NCBI GenBank assembly: GCA_965649225.1
Contig: CBFGJX010000028.1
Span: 1 to 25,896, forward strand
Direction of reading: 5' to 3'
Origin: a candidate division WOR-3 bacterium
Lineage (GTDB): Bacteria; Hydrothermota; Tepidihabitantia; Tepidihabitantales; Tepidihabitantaceae
DNA length: 25,896 bases
A program made the translations under genes and the position numbers. Numbering within the stretch: the first letter of the stretch is position 1; each line of letters starts with the position of its first letter. Below the pieces are notes generated by a model, which ran no database searches, was not told the origin of the DNA, and worked only from the letters and a program-made list of their open reading frames with translations. Shown piece after piece: positions 16,741 to 25,361 of the stretch.

Positions 16741-17526
16741 ATGCGATCTAGTGTGAGGATGGCTCTGGTCGGTGCAGTCTTGCTGCTCTTCGCGGCAGTG
16801 CCCGTAGGCTGTGATAGGCTGTTCGATGTACCGCAGTGCGGCGATTCGTCGGACTACTCAGCCGCCGACGCTCTGGGCGTGGAGGGTGACGGCGCCGTTA
16901 AGGGTCTGGATGGTGTGGTGTTCTGTGATGGCTGTGGAACATTCAACACTGCGCTCTGGTCGAAGGCTGAGTGGAAGCTCGGTAGGGGGTACGTTCGTGC
17001 GGCCAATGTCGGCGCAAGCGGTGGGTACTACAACCTGAAGCTTAAGGCCAACACATGGGATGGCGCTGAGATCTATACGTGCAACCGTCTCTCCTATGGC
17101 ATCCTCTCAGCTAGATTCAAGGCAGCTCCCTGTCCCGGAGCATACTCGACTCTCTACTTCTATCAAGGAGTAGGCAGCACTAGCGACGAGATCGATATTG
17201 AGGTCTACAGGGGAGCGGCAGGCTGGACGATCGACTTTGTGGTCTGGAAGGGCGGCGTTAGGAAGTACGTAAGGACATACCGTCCTAGTTTTGATCCCAG
17301 TGTGGGATTCCATGAGTACAGAATCGACTGGACGTCTACTGGTGTAGGTTTCTACATTGATCGCCAGCTCATCTATGGATTCTCGGGGACTGCGAGGCCG
17401 ACGAACTCCATGCGGGCTCACCTGAACTGCTGGTGGCCCGTTGATACTGCGCTTGTGCCGATACAGGTCAGGCCGACGAGCGACAAGTACATGGTTATCG
17501 ACTGGATCAGCTATACTGGCTACTAG
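16741..17526 (+). CDS. Glycoside hydrolase family 16 lipoprotein (lichenase/glucanase-like)
   Basis: AGGAGG RBS; lipobox-like VPVGC; catalytic motif DEIDIE; FHEYRIDW..V.FYID; MVIDWISY. Confidence 0.88.
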   Translation: MRSSVRMALVGAVLLLFAAVPVGCDRLFDVPQCGDSSDYSAADALGVEGDGAVKGLDGVVFCDGCGTFNTALWSKAEWKLGRGYVRAANVGASGGYYNLKLKANTWDGAEIYTCNRLSYGILSARFKAAPCPGAYSTLYFYQGVGSTSDEIDIEVYRGAAGWTIDFVVWKGGVRKYVRTYRPSFDPSVGFHEYRIDWTSTGVGFYIDRQLIYGFSGTARPTNSMRAHLNCWWPVDTALVPIQVRPTSDKYMVIDWISYTGY

Positions 17527-17550
17527 ACCGGAGAGTGTGTCTGACGCGGA

Positions 17551-17579
17551 CGAGCCGGCGGCAATTGGCCGCCGGCTCG
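17551..17579 (+). terminator. Hairpin after GH16
   Basis: 12-bp stem CGAGCCGGCGGC/GCCGCCGGCTCG with a 5-nt loop. Confidence 0.55.
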
Positions 17580-18162
17580 CTCGTTGTGGTGGTTCGCCGC
17601 GCCGAGCGGCGGGGAGCAGACAACACCGCGGTCGCTGGCCGAAGGCAGCAAGCCGGGTAGATTGACGGACTGGCACGAGTCGCCGGGGAAGCGGACTCCG
17701 GCGGCGTGGTATTGCTGGGAAGTCTCGCGTCCAGCGGCAGGTTGATGGGCGCCACGGCTTGGCCGGACGCCGCAGCATTGGCTTGAGTCGAGTGACCGAG
17801 CCGTAAGTAATTCTAATAAATGAGCATAGCACAAGGGATACAAACCACTAGTGCTTCTGTGTAAGGTATTGGTCCGGCTGGCTGATGGAATGCCTTTTTG
17901 GTTGGTCCAATATCAGGCCGGTAATTAGCGCATCGGATGGCTATTCTATCTGCTAGTTGGACTGCTTTGTGTGCTGTTTGATGTTCGGACTGGTATACTG
18001 CCGGGGGGCTAGGGTGGGGGCTAGCCCTGCGGATCAGGTTATTTGTTGTATAAGTGTTTGATGGTTATATGGTTAGATGCTGGGGTGGTAGGTATGAGAG
18101 TTAGGCTGGTTGGTTAGTTGGTTGATGGGTTAGATGGTGAGCAGTAAGCGGGTTGCTCGGTG

Positions 18163-18191
18163 TTGACAGAACGGTCTGATTTCGCTAGAGT
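18163..18191 (+). promoter_or_regulatory. Sigma70 promoter for the 123-aa gene
   Basis: TTGACA-N17-TAGAGT; AAGGAG RBS at 18271-18276 before GTG 18284. Confidence 0.7.
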
Positions 18192-18283
18192 CGGGGCGTT
18201 ATGGCGTCGTTTTCAGGACTGGTCGAGGCGCGCGCGGCGGCGGCTGGCTTGCCGCTGCGGCGTGCAGGGAAAGGAGCGTACTC

Positions 18284-18655
18284 GTGGGAGTGAAGTCCGG
18301 GGTCGACCGCGTCTACAACTACAACCTGAAGTACAATACCGAGACCATCAAGAAGCTCGTGGATGCGCGGCGCGAGCGGATGGTCGCGAAGCAAACCGAG
18401 GTGCAGGAGGAGCTGGCCGAACTGGAGAACAAGGCCAAGGAGGTACTCGGCGAGGCCGGGGTGCCGACCCACACCTACATTGGCTACCTGAACTTCTGCC
18501 GCGAGCTCTGGAAAAAGAAGAAGCGGTTCAGTGGCGAGACGCTGCGGCGCGAAGCGATGGTGGTCGAGAACAAGTGGATTGCGCGCGAGCTGAAGAAGCC
18601 AGTGCTGGACGCACTGCGCTATAAGGTTCTGGATATTCCCGATCCGACCTACTGA
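18284..18655 (+). CDS. Small basic all-helical protein, candidate homolog of the SIRV2-fold (Adnaviria) major capsid protein
   Basis: Promoter, RBS and GC3-biased codons support the ORF; motifs KS-x3-R-x3-Y-x2-KYN, VL-x3-GV-x7-Y-x2-F, R-x-SG-x2-L and VLDA match rudivirus coat protein spacing as recalled. Confidence 0.75.
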   Translation: MGVKSGVDRVYNYNLKYNTETIKKLVDARRERMVAKQTEVQEELAELENKAKEVLGEAGVPTHTYIGYLNFCRELWKKKKRFSGETLRREAMVVENKWIARELKKPVLDALRYKVLDIPDPTY

Positions 18656-18728
18656 CGGCGAAAGGGTTTCGGGGCTTCGGGTGGGCCGGTTTGATTTGAC
18701 CGAAAGGCGGAAAGACAGACAATCGGCC

Positions 18729-19568
18729 ATGCGCGCAGCCGACAGCATCCGCCGGCGTCTCGGCCTGCAGGTGCTTTTCGATTTTGACGACATCGTTGCG
18801 GCGATTGAGTTTGCCGCGGCGAATTCTTTTCCGGCCCTGGAGCTCAACCTCGGCAATCGGCATTTTGCACTGCAGCTCGAGCGGGCGCGGGAGCGGACGC
18901 GGATCCGGAATGCGTCCCGCCGTCACCGGCTGACACTGGTGGTGCATGCAATCGAGGGGACATCGTTTTTTGTGCCGAGCCAGCGGGTGGTCGATGCCGG
19001 AGTGAAAGAGATGAAGCGGTTGCTGGAGCAGTGCCACGACGCCGGCATCAGCCGGGCCGTAATGCATCTCGGGTATGAGATGCACTATGGTCAGGCCGGG
19101 GGCTATGTCTGGCCGCACGACTACTTTCCCGATTTCTACCGCCGGCTGGTGGGTTCGGCGCTGACCGAGCTGAAAGAATATGCCCGGCATCGTGCCCGAC
19201 TGTGCGTGGAGAATGTCGGCGGTTTCCGCTACCCGTTCGTTCGCAAACTGCTTGGTCGGCTGCTGGGCGGCTGGCTCGGGCTTTGCTACGACCTGGGGCA
19301 TGTCAATATTCTCAAGCCAGAGGAACGGCAGGCCGAGGAGGAGTTTTTCCGAGGACACCTGAAGCACGTCTGGCACTGTCACATTCACGACAACAACGGC
19401 GTGCGCGACGAGCATCTGGTGCCCGGAGCCGGCAGAATTGACTTCGTGCCTTTGCTGTCGATGCTTGCCGGTACGAACGCGACGCTGAGTTTCGAGGTGA
19501 GGCCGAAAGAGGCGGCGCTGGCAGCGCGGGACTATTTCGAGCGGGTGATAGCGCCGCGTTTGGGCTAG
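18729..19568 (+). CDS. Sugar phosphate isomerase/epimerase (xylose isomerase-like/AP endonuclease 2 TIM barrel)
   Basis: LCVEN, YDLGH, HCHIHDNNG..DEHL.PG.G.IDF, FEV; start taken as ATG 18729 (GTG 18681 is an alternative). Confidence 0.88.
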   Translation: MRAADSIRRRLGLQVLFDFDDIVAAIEFAAANSFPALELNLGNRHFALQLERARERTRIRNASRRHRLTLVVHAIEGTSFFVPSQRVVDAGVKEMKRLLEQCHDAGISRAVMHLGYEMHYGQAGGYVWPHDYFPDFYRRLVGSALTELKEYARHRARLCVENVGGFRYPFVRKLLGRLLGGWLGLCYDLGHVNILKPEERQAEEEFFRGHLKHVWHCHIHDNNGVRDEHLVPGAGRIDFVPLLSMLAGTNATLSFEVRPKEAALAARDYFERVIAPRLG

Positions 19569-20522
19569 ATGAAGGCGCTGGTGACCGGGGCGAGCGGTTT
19601 CATCGGTTCACATCTTTGCCGGCTGCTGGTTGAGCGCGGACACGAGGTCAGAGCGATGGTGCGGGCGACCAGCCGCCGGGACCGGCTGCAGGGTGTGGCG
19701 GCGACAGTCGTGACGGCCGATGTCTGTGACCGCGCGGCGCTGGACCGGGCGGTTGATGGCTGTGACTGGGTGTTTCATGCCGCGGCCGAGCTGAAGCCGA
19801 GCCATCGGCTGGATGCGGTGAACATTGCCGGCAGTCGCAATGTCGCCGAGGCAAGCGCTGCCGCCGGGGTGCAGCGGCTGGTGTTTCTTTCCAGTACCGC
19901 GGCGTGCGGACCGGCCGAGTCGCGGCAGCAGCCAACGACCGAGAACCAGTGTCCCCGGCCGGTGAGCCGCTATGGCGCGGCCAAGCTGGAAGCCGAGCGG
20001 TTGATGCAGGCGATGAGTGACCGGTTGCACACGGTAATTCTGCGGTTGCCGATGGTGTACGGCCCGGGTGATGCCAGCACGAAGATTTTTGTCAATGCGC
20101 TGCGCCGGGGAATACTGCTTGACCCGTCCGGCTGGTTTTCGGCAATCTATGTCCGGGATGCGGCGCGGGCGGCAGTGCTGTGCGCTGAGCGTGAGACGAC
20201 GCCGGGAGCGGTGTACCTGGTTTCGGATGGTGTGCCGCACACCGGAGCGGAGCTGGCGGCGCTGGGGCGGCAACTGTTCGGCCATCCAGTGGTGCGGATT
20301 GCGGTTCCGCGGTGGTTTGTTTTTGCGGTTGCGACAGTGAGTGAGTGGTTGAATCCAAGCGGTGCGTTTGTCAATCGTGACAAGGCGCGTGAGCTGGTAC
20401 AGGAATGCTGGCTCTGCAGCCCTGAACGGGCGCGGACCGAACTGGGCTTTGAGCCGGAGTATCCACTGCAGCGGGGTCTGACCGAGATTGTCCGCTGGTG
20501 CAGCGAGAGAGGGTGGCGATGA
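19569..20522 (+). CDS. NAD-dependent epimerase/dehydratase (extended SDR)
   Basis: VTGASGFIG, VFHAAA, SS.AA, YGAAK, VYGPGD. Confidence 0.92.
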   Translation: MKALVTGASGFIGSHLCRLLVERGHEVRAMVRATSRRDRLQGVAATVVTADVCDRAALDRAVDGCDWVFHAAAELKPSHRLDAVNIAGSRNVAEASAAAGVQRLVFLSSTAACGPAESRQQPTTENQCPRPVSRYGAAKLEAERLMQAMSDRLHTVILRLPMVYGPGDASTKIFVNALRRGILLDPSGWFSAIYVRDAARAAVLCAERETTPGAVYLVSDGVPHTGAELAALGRQLFGHPVVRIAVPRWFVFAVATVSEWLNPSGAFVNRDKARELVQECWLCSPERARTELGFEPEYPLQRGLTEIVRWCSERGWR

Positions 20523-20839
20523 CAATAAAGAAACGGCTGGAGGCACTGGAGCAAAGCTGCCGGGAGCAGGGGGTTAGACTGATTTACGATGACGTCACCG
20601 GTGAGGGCGGGATGTGCCGGCTGCGCGATTGCTGGATGATTATCATCAATCGGCGGGCGGCAGCTGAAACCCGGGTGCGCATCATCGCCGAATCACTGGA
20701 ACGGATCGGTGCTTTGCGGTCGCGTCAGGCATCGGCGGCACTGACAGCGCCGGTCGAGGAGGCGGTTGAGGGGCTGGGGGTTGGCGTGCGCGCCGGGCCG
20801 GCCGAGCCGAGACCGGATGCCAGTCTGGACCTGGACTGA
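20519..20839 (+). CDS. Hypothetical protein
   Basis: ATGA overlap with the upstream stop; LE..C...GV...YD....EGGMCRL....IIIN pattern. Confidence 0.7.
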   Translation: MTIKKRLEALEQSCREQGVRLIYDDVTGEGGMCRLRDCWMIIINRRAAAETRVRIIAESLERIGALRSRQASAALTAPVEEAVEGLGVGVRAGPAEPRPDASLDLD

Positions 20840-20854
20840 TCAGATTTCTGCGCG

Positions 20855-20886
20855 GCAGGGCGGGTTCCTAAGTGGACCCGCCCTGC
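20855..20886. terminator. Hairpin between convergent genes
   Basis: Stem GCAGGGCGGGT/ACCCGCCCTGC. Confidence 0.55.
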
Positions 20887-20908
20887 GGCTTCAGGGACTG
20901 ATAAGAGG

Positions 20909-21412
20909 TCAGTCGATGCGGGTGAACCGGTCGTGGGCGACGCCACAGACCGGACACTTCTCGGGCGGCGTACCCCAGACAGTGTTGCCGCAGACGCTGC
21001 AGACCCAGATGTCGGCGGCAGGCAGGTCTCTGCCCGACTGGACCGCGGTCAGCGCGTCGGAATAGAGCTGGTGGTGGATTTTCTCGACCGCGAGGGCGAA
21101 CTCGAAGCTTTTCTGGGCGGCGGGGTTATTTTCGGCCCTGGCCACGGCGAGGAATTCGGGGTACATCGAGGCGAACTCGTGGTGCTCGCCGGCGATGGCC
21201 TCTTTGAGGTTGTCGGCCGTGTCCTTGATGCCGCCGAGCACGCGCAGGTGGGCGTGAGCGTGAACGGTTTCAGCCTCGGCCGCAGCGCGAAAGAGCTTCG
21301 CAACGCCGGGCAGGCCCTGCTGTTCAGCCTTCTTCGCGAAGGCGAGATAGCGGCGGTTGGCCTGGCTTTCGCCGGCAAAGGCCGCTTTGAGGTTTTCGGT
21401 TGTGTTTGCCAT
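20909..21412 (-). CDS. rbr: Rubrerythrin
   Basis: NLKAAFAGESQANRRY, EAETVHA, E..E...MYP, EKIH, C-terminal CSVCG...CPVCG; start ATG 21412 with GAGGA RBS. Confidence 0.95.
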   Translation of the reverse strand: MANTTENLKAAFAGESQANRRYLAFAKKAEQQGLPGVAKLFRAAAEAETVHAHAHLRVLGGIKDTADNLKEAIAGEHHEFASMYPEFLAVARAENNPAAQKSFEFALAVEKIHHQLYSDALTAVQSGRDLPAADIWVCSVCGNTVWGTPPEKCPVCGVAHDRFTRID

Positions 21413-21496
21413 CTTTGTCCTCTTGGGAACACGGGTTCCAAGTTTCGAGCATGGGGAAACAAAAGGTGCGGACATGCGGACAAACAGCGCTGATTT

Positions 21497-22228
21497 TCAT
21501 CGGAGTTCTTCCAGTTCCTGCAGCAGTGTCCGGGCAGCCTGGCGGTCGTTCAGCCAGTAGGCCGCCGGCACGCTCGGGCTGGTTTCGTTCAGTACCGTGC
21601 TCAGCTCGGCTCGTGCTTCGGCGCGGCGTTTCGCCTTGACAAGCAGCCGGGCGCGGGCAACCCGCAGCATCGTCAGATGCGGGTCAAGGGCAATCGCCTG
21701 TCGCAGCAGGCTGTCGGCCAGTTCAGGATTGCCGCCGGCGAAGCGCGGTGGCCCGGCCCAGAGCATCGCCTGGCCGTAGAGAGCGCCGACATGGTTCGGA
21801 TTGATTTCAAGGGCACGGCCGTAGGCCCGGCGCACCTCCGGGAGAGTACGCAGAGCGGCCAGACTCGGCCGGGCCAGGCCGAGCTGAGCGGTGGCGGTTG
21901 CCCAGCAGTAGTGGCCTTCGGCACCGGCGGGGTGGCGCTGGCGCAGCGATTCAGCGACTGCCTGCATGCGCAGCAAAAGGCGGATGCGGTCGCTGCGGTT
22001 CGTCGCAACGCCGGCACTTTCCATCAGCAGGTGGCAGTGCAGTGCGACCGTCGCCTCGTGCCACGGGTTGAACGCCCGGGCCCGGGCGGCAACAGTGAAG
22101 GCGGAATCGAGAAAGGCACGATTGATGTGGCGGTGGTCAAGATACCAGCGGCTGCGCAGGAGCAGCGTTTCGGGCTGACCGCCAGACAGCAGCAATGTCA
22201 GAGCAAGCAGCCCGGCCGGTAACTCCAC
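21497..22228 (-). CDS. Exported TPR-repeat protein
   Basis: N-terminal hydrophobic segment; YGRALEINP and QAIALDP TPR-like motifs; 3 nt after the stop of the acyl-CoA synthetase. Confidence 0.75.
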   Translation of the reverse strand: MELPAGLLALTLLLSGGQPETLLLRSRWYLDHRHINRAFLDSAFTVAARARAFNPWHEATVALHCHLLMESAGVATNRSDRIRLLLRMQAVAESLRQRHPAGAEGHYCWATATAQLGLARPSLAALRTLPEVRRAYGRALEINPNHVGALYGQAMLWAGPPRFAGGNPELADSLLRQAIALDPHLTMLRVARARLLVKAKRRAEARAELSTVLNETSPSVPAAYWLNDRQAARTLLQELEELR

Positions 22229-22231
22229 GGG

Positions 22232-24028
22232 TCAGCGGTTTTCGTACAGTCTTTCGATCGTTTCTCGGTAAGCAGCGGCAATCTGGGGACGGCGCAGTTT
22301 GAAGGAGGGGGTAAGCAGTCCGTTTTCGACGGTGAAAGGGTCGGGAATCAGCCGGAAGGCACGAACCTGTTCATACTGGGCGCAGTCTTTCAAGGCGCGT
22401 TCGATTTCACGATTGTAGAGTTCAACTACCTGCGGATGGTCGAGCACTGTGAGCCGGTCGGCAGTGCTGATGTGTTGTCGGCGGCACCAGTCCTCCAGCG
22501 CGATCGGCGCCGGTACAATCAGGGCAACAAGGTAAGGCCGGCGGTCGCCGTAGACCATGGCCTGTTCAATGAAGTCGGAGGCGGTGAGTTTCTGTTCGAT
22601 CGGCACCGGCGCGATGTTCTTGCCGTAGGAGTTGACGATCAGTTCCTTGATGCGGCCGGTGATGACAAGATTGCCGCGTTCGTCGAAGCGGCCCTGGTCC
22701 CCGGTATGAAACCAGCCTTCGGCGTCGATGACCCGGGCGGTTTCATCCGGTTTGTTGATGTAGCCTTTCATCACGTTGGGGCCGCGAACGAGGATTTCGG
22801 AATCCGGACCAATGCGAATCTCGACACTGTCGAGTGGTTTGCCAACAGTACCGATCCGTTCATCGCCCGGCATCATTGAACAGACGACCGGGGAAGTTTC
22901 AGTCAAGCCGTAGCCTTCGTAGATGTTGAAGTCGAGGCTGCGCAGAATCCGGCCAAGCCGCCGGTCGAGCGGCGCCCCGCCGGAGACGAGACAGCGCAAG
23001 CGACCGCCGGCAAGGGCGTGCAGGCGGCGGACGACCAAGAGCCACAACAGCCGCGCAGCGAGCCGCAACCCGAACGGGACCGGCTGTCCGCGTGAACGCA
23101 GTCCGTAGCGACGGCCATAGACTTTGAGTGTCTGCACCATCAGCCAGCGGCGGAAGGCCGGGCCGGTGAGCACGCGCTCGCGAACGGTGTTGTAAACTTT
23201 CTCTAGGACGCGCGGGACCACGATCAGCACTGTCGGCCGGACAGCCTTGACGTCGCGGGCGATTGTCTGAGTTGATTCGGCGTAGGCGATGCAGCCGCCG
23301 GAAAGCAGTACCGCATAGTAACCGCAGGTGCGCTCAAACATGTGACACAGGGGCAGGAATGATACCAGCACGTCGTTCTCATTGACGCCGAAACGGGCCG
23401 CACCGGCCAGCGCGTTGCTCAGTACGTTGCGGTGAGAGAGCATCGCACCCTTGGGTTCGCCGGTCGTGCCGGAGGTATAGCAAACCGTAAAGAGGTCGTC
23501 GGGCGCGGGCTGGTAGGCTTGAGCCAGTCCGGGGTTGGCAAGAAGCGCCCGGCTGCCCTCTTCGCGCAACAGTTCAAAAGAAAAGAGATTCTTGCCGGTC
23601 CGGCTGACACGTTCGAAGGAGAACAGCGTGATGATGTCTTTGAGGTCGGGGAGGTCGGGAAGGATACGGCTGACCGCGGCAAACAACTCGGCGGTTTCGA
23701 CAATCAGGTGGCCGACGCCGGCGTCACGCAGAATGTACTGTACCGATGGCTCGGGCAGGGTGTGGTAAATCGGCACCAGCACGGCACCGAGTTTGGTGAC
23801 TGCTAGGTCGGTTACGACCCATTCGGGCCGGTTGTAAGAGTAGATGGCAACGCGGTCGCCGGGACGGACGCCGCGCTGGGCCAGTCCGGCGGCGACTTCG
23901 TCCACTATCCGGCTCAGTTCGGAGAAAGTGACCGGCTGATAGCGGCCGTCGGTTTTGCGCAGCAGGGCCGGTCGGCCGGCGTGTTGTTTCGCGGCGGCAG
24001 CAAAGGCCTGATAGACCGTGCCGGTCAT
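22232..24028 (-). CDS. Long-chain fatty acid--CoA ligase (AMP-dependent synthetase)
   Basis: YTSGTTGEPKG, FLPLCHMFER, EGYGLTETSP, GWFHTGD, GRIKELIV..GKNIAP, LLTPSFKLRR. Confidence 0.94.
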   Translation of the reverse strand: MTGTVYQAFAAAAKQHAGRPALLRKTDGRYQPVTFSELSRIVDEVAAGLAQRGVRPGDRVAIYSYNRPEWVVTDLAVTKLGAVLVPIYHTLPEPSVQYILRDAGVGHLIVETAELFAAVSRILPDLPDLKDIITLFSFERVSRTGKNLFSFELLREEGSRALLANPGLAQAYQPAPDDLFTVCYTSGTTGEPKGAMLSHRNVLSNALAGAARFGVNENDVLVSFLPLCHMFERTCGYYAVLLSGGCIAYAESTQTIARDVKAVRPTVLIVVPRVLEKVYNTVRERVLTGPAFRRWLMVQTLKVYGRRYGLRSRGQPVPFGLRLAARLLWLLVVRRLHALAGGRLRCLVSGGAPLDRRLGRILRSLDFNIYEGYGLTETSPVVCSMMPGDERIGTVGKPLDSVEIRIGPDSEILVRGPNVMKGYINKPDETARVIDAEGWFHTGDQGRFDERGNLVITGRIKELIVNSYGKNIAPVPIEQKLTASDFIEQAMVYGDRRPYLVALIVPAPIALEDWCRRQHISTADRLTVLDHPQVVELYNREIERALKDCAQYEQVRAFRLIPDPFTVENGLLTPSFKLRRPQIAAAYRETIERLYENR

Positions 24029-24032
24029 GTGG

Positions 24033-25217
24033 CTAGACGATGCCGAGTTCGCGGCCGACGAGCCGGAACTTGTCGGCGGCGTGGCCGAGCTGTTCTTCGG
24101 TGTGCGTCGCCATCAGGCTGATGCGGATGATGCTGGAGCCGCGGGGAACGGCCGGATACACGACCGGGTTGGCGAAGACGCCTTCCTGTTCGAGCCGGCC
24201 GGCCAGCTGGTAAGTCTTGTCGTCGTCACCGATGAAAATCGGCAGTATCGGGGTGCCGCGGTAGGCGGTTTTGAACCCGTCGGCGGCAAGCCGCTCGGCG
24301 ATGAAGCGGGCGTTGGCGTGGAGGCGCGCGACACGTTCGGGTTCGGCGGCGAGCACGTCGAGCGCGGCGAGGACGGTTGCTGGCACCGACGGCGGCAGGC
24401 TGGCCGAGAAGATCGACATCCGGGCGTTGTAGCGCAGGAAGTCGGTAACGGCCTGCGGGGCGGCGGTGAAACCGCCGACCGCGGCGAGAGATTTGGAAAG
24501 CGTGCCGGAGACGATGTCGATTTTGCCCTCGAGTCCGAAGTGTTCGGCGGTGCCGCGGCCGGTGGCACCGAGCACGCCGGTGGCGTGAGCGTCGTCAATC
24601 ATCAGGCGACAGTTGTATTCCTGGGCAAGCCGGTGCAGGGCGGGCAGGTCGCAGATGTCGCCTTCCATCGAGAACACGCCGTCGGTGACAATCAGCCGGC
24701 CGGAATCAGCCGGTGCGGCCTTGAGCTTGGCTTCGAGGTCAGCGATGTCGTTGTGCCGGTAGACAACTGTCCGAGCGCGGGAATGGCGGCAGCCGTCGAT
24801 GATTGAGGCGTGATTGAGTTCGTCAGAGAAAATGATGTCGGACTCGCCGGCGAGTGTGGCGACCGTGGCCGAAAGGGCCATGAAGCCGGTCGAGAACGAT
24901 ACGACCGATTCGGCCTGCTTGAACTGGGCGAGGCGCCGTTCCATCTCGAGGTGCAGGGGCGTGGTGCCGGTCAACAGGCGCGAGCCGGCCGCGCCGGTGC
25001 CGTAACGCTCGATGGCGGCGATGGCCGCCGCTTTCACCTTCGGGTCGTCGGTCAGCCCGAGGTAGTTGTTGGAGCCGAGGTTGACGAGTTCGCGGCCGTT
25101 GCGACGGGCGACTGGCGTGGCGGCGGGCTCGATCGAGCGGCTGTAGAAAAAACGTCCCTGGGCGCGGACAAACTGCAGCATCATGTCGAACTGACGGCAC
25201 TTATCAAACAGATCCAA
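24033..25217 (-). CDS. PLP-dependent alpha-oxoamine synthase (serine palmitoyltransferase-like, BioF/Kbl family)
   Basis: GSNNYLGL, HASIIDG, DGVFSMEGD, DDAH, GTLSKS; TTG start with AGGAGG RBS. Confidence 0.9.
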   Translation of the reverse strand: MDLFDKCRQFDMMLQFVRAQGRFFYSRSIEPAATPVARRNGRELVNLGSNNYLGLTDDPKVKAAAIAAIERYGTGAAGSRLLTGTTPLHLEMERRLAQFKQAESVVSFSTGFMALSATVATLAGESDIIFSDELNHASIIDGCRHSRARTVVYRHNDIADLEAKLKAAPADSGRLIVTDGVFSMEGDICDLPALHRLAQEYNCRLMIDDAHATGVLGATGRGTAEHFGLEGKIDIVSGTLSKSLAAVGGFTAAPQAVTDFLRYNARMSIFSASLPPSVPATVLAALDVLAAEPERVARLHANARFIAERLAADGFKTAYRGTPILPIFIGDDDKTYQLAGRLEQEGVFANPVVYPAVPRGSSIIRISLMATHTEEQLGHAADKFRLVGRELGIV

Positions 25218-25323
25218 TATTGCCTCCTGTTGTTGCCGGCCGGACCGGGTGGCCGATTATAGCCGCCGACCGAAGACAGGCAAGCTGCTGCGAGCTTGCT
25301 GTCTGCAGGAAGTCGGCTTCGGG

Positions 25324-25351
25324 TTGACACGTTTGGTGAGCCAAATATGAT
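25324..25351 (+). promoter_or_regulatory. Sigma70 promoter for yjbQ
   Basis: TTGACA-N16-TATGAT, 10 nt before GTG 25362. Confidence 0.6.
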
Positions 25352-25361
25352 TGGGTACCGC

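Noticed and set aside
18040..18080. Possible dif/Xer site (TATGGTTAGAT resembles a XerD arm)
   Set aside because: Only about 7 of 11 positions match and there is no proper XerC arm
17530..18160. CRISPR array or small CDS in the long intergenic gap
   Set aside because: No regularly spaced repeats of CRISPR length; the listed ORFs lack RBS and coding-like composition
15397..18655. Provirus or composite transposon carrying the capsid-like gene
   Set aside because: No second IS end, target duplication, att sites, integrase or replication genes
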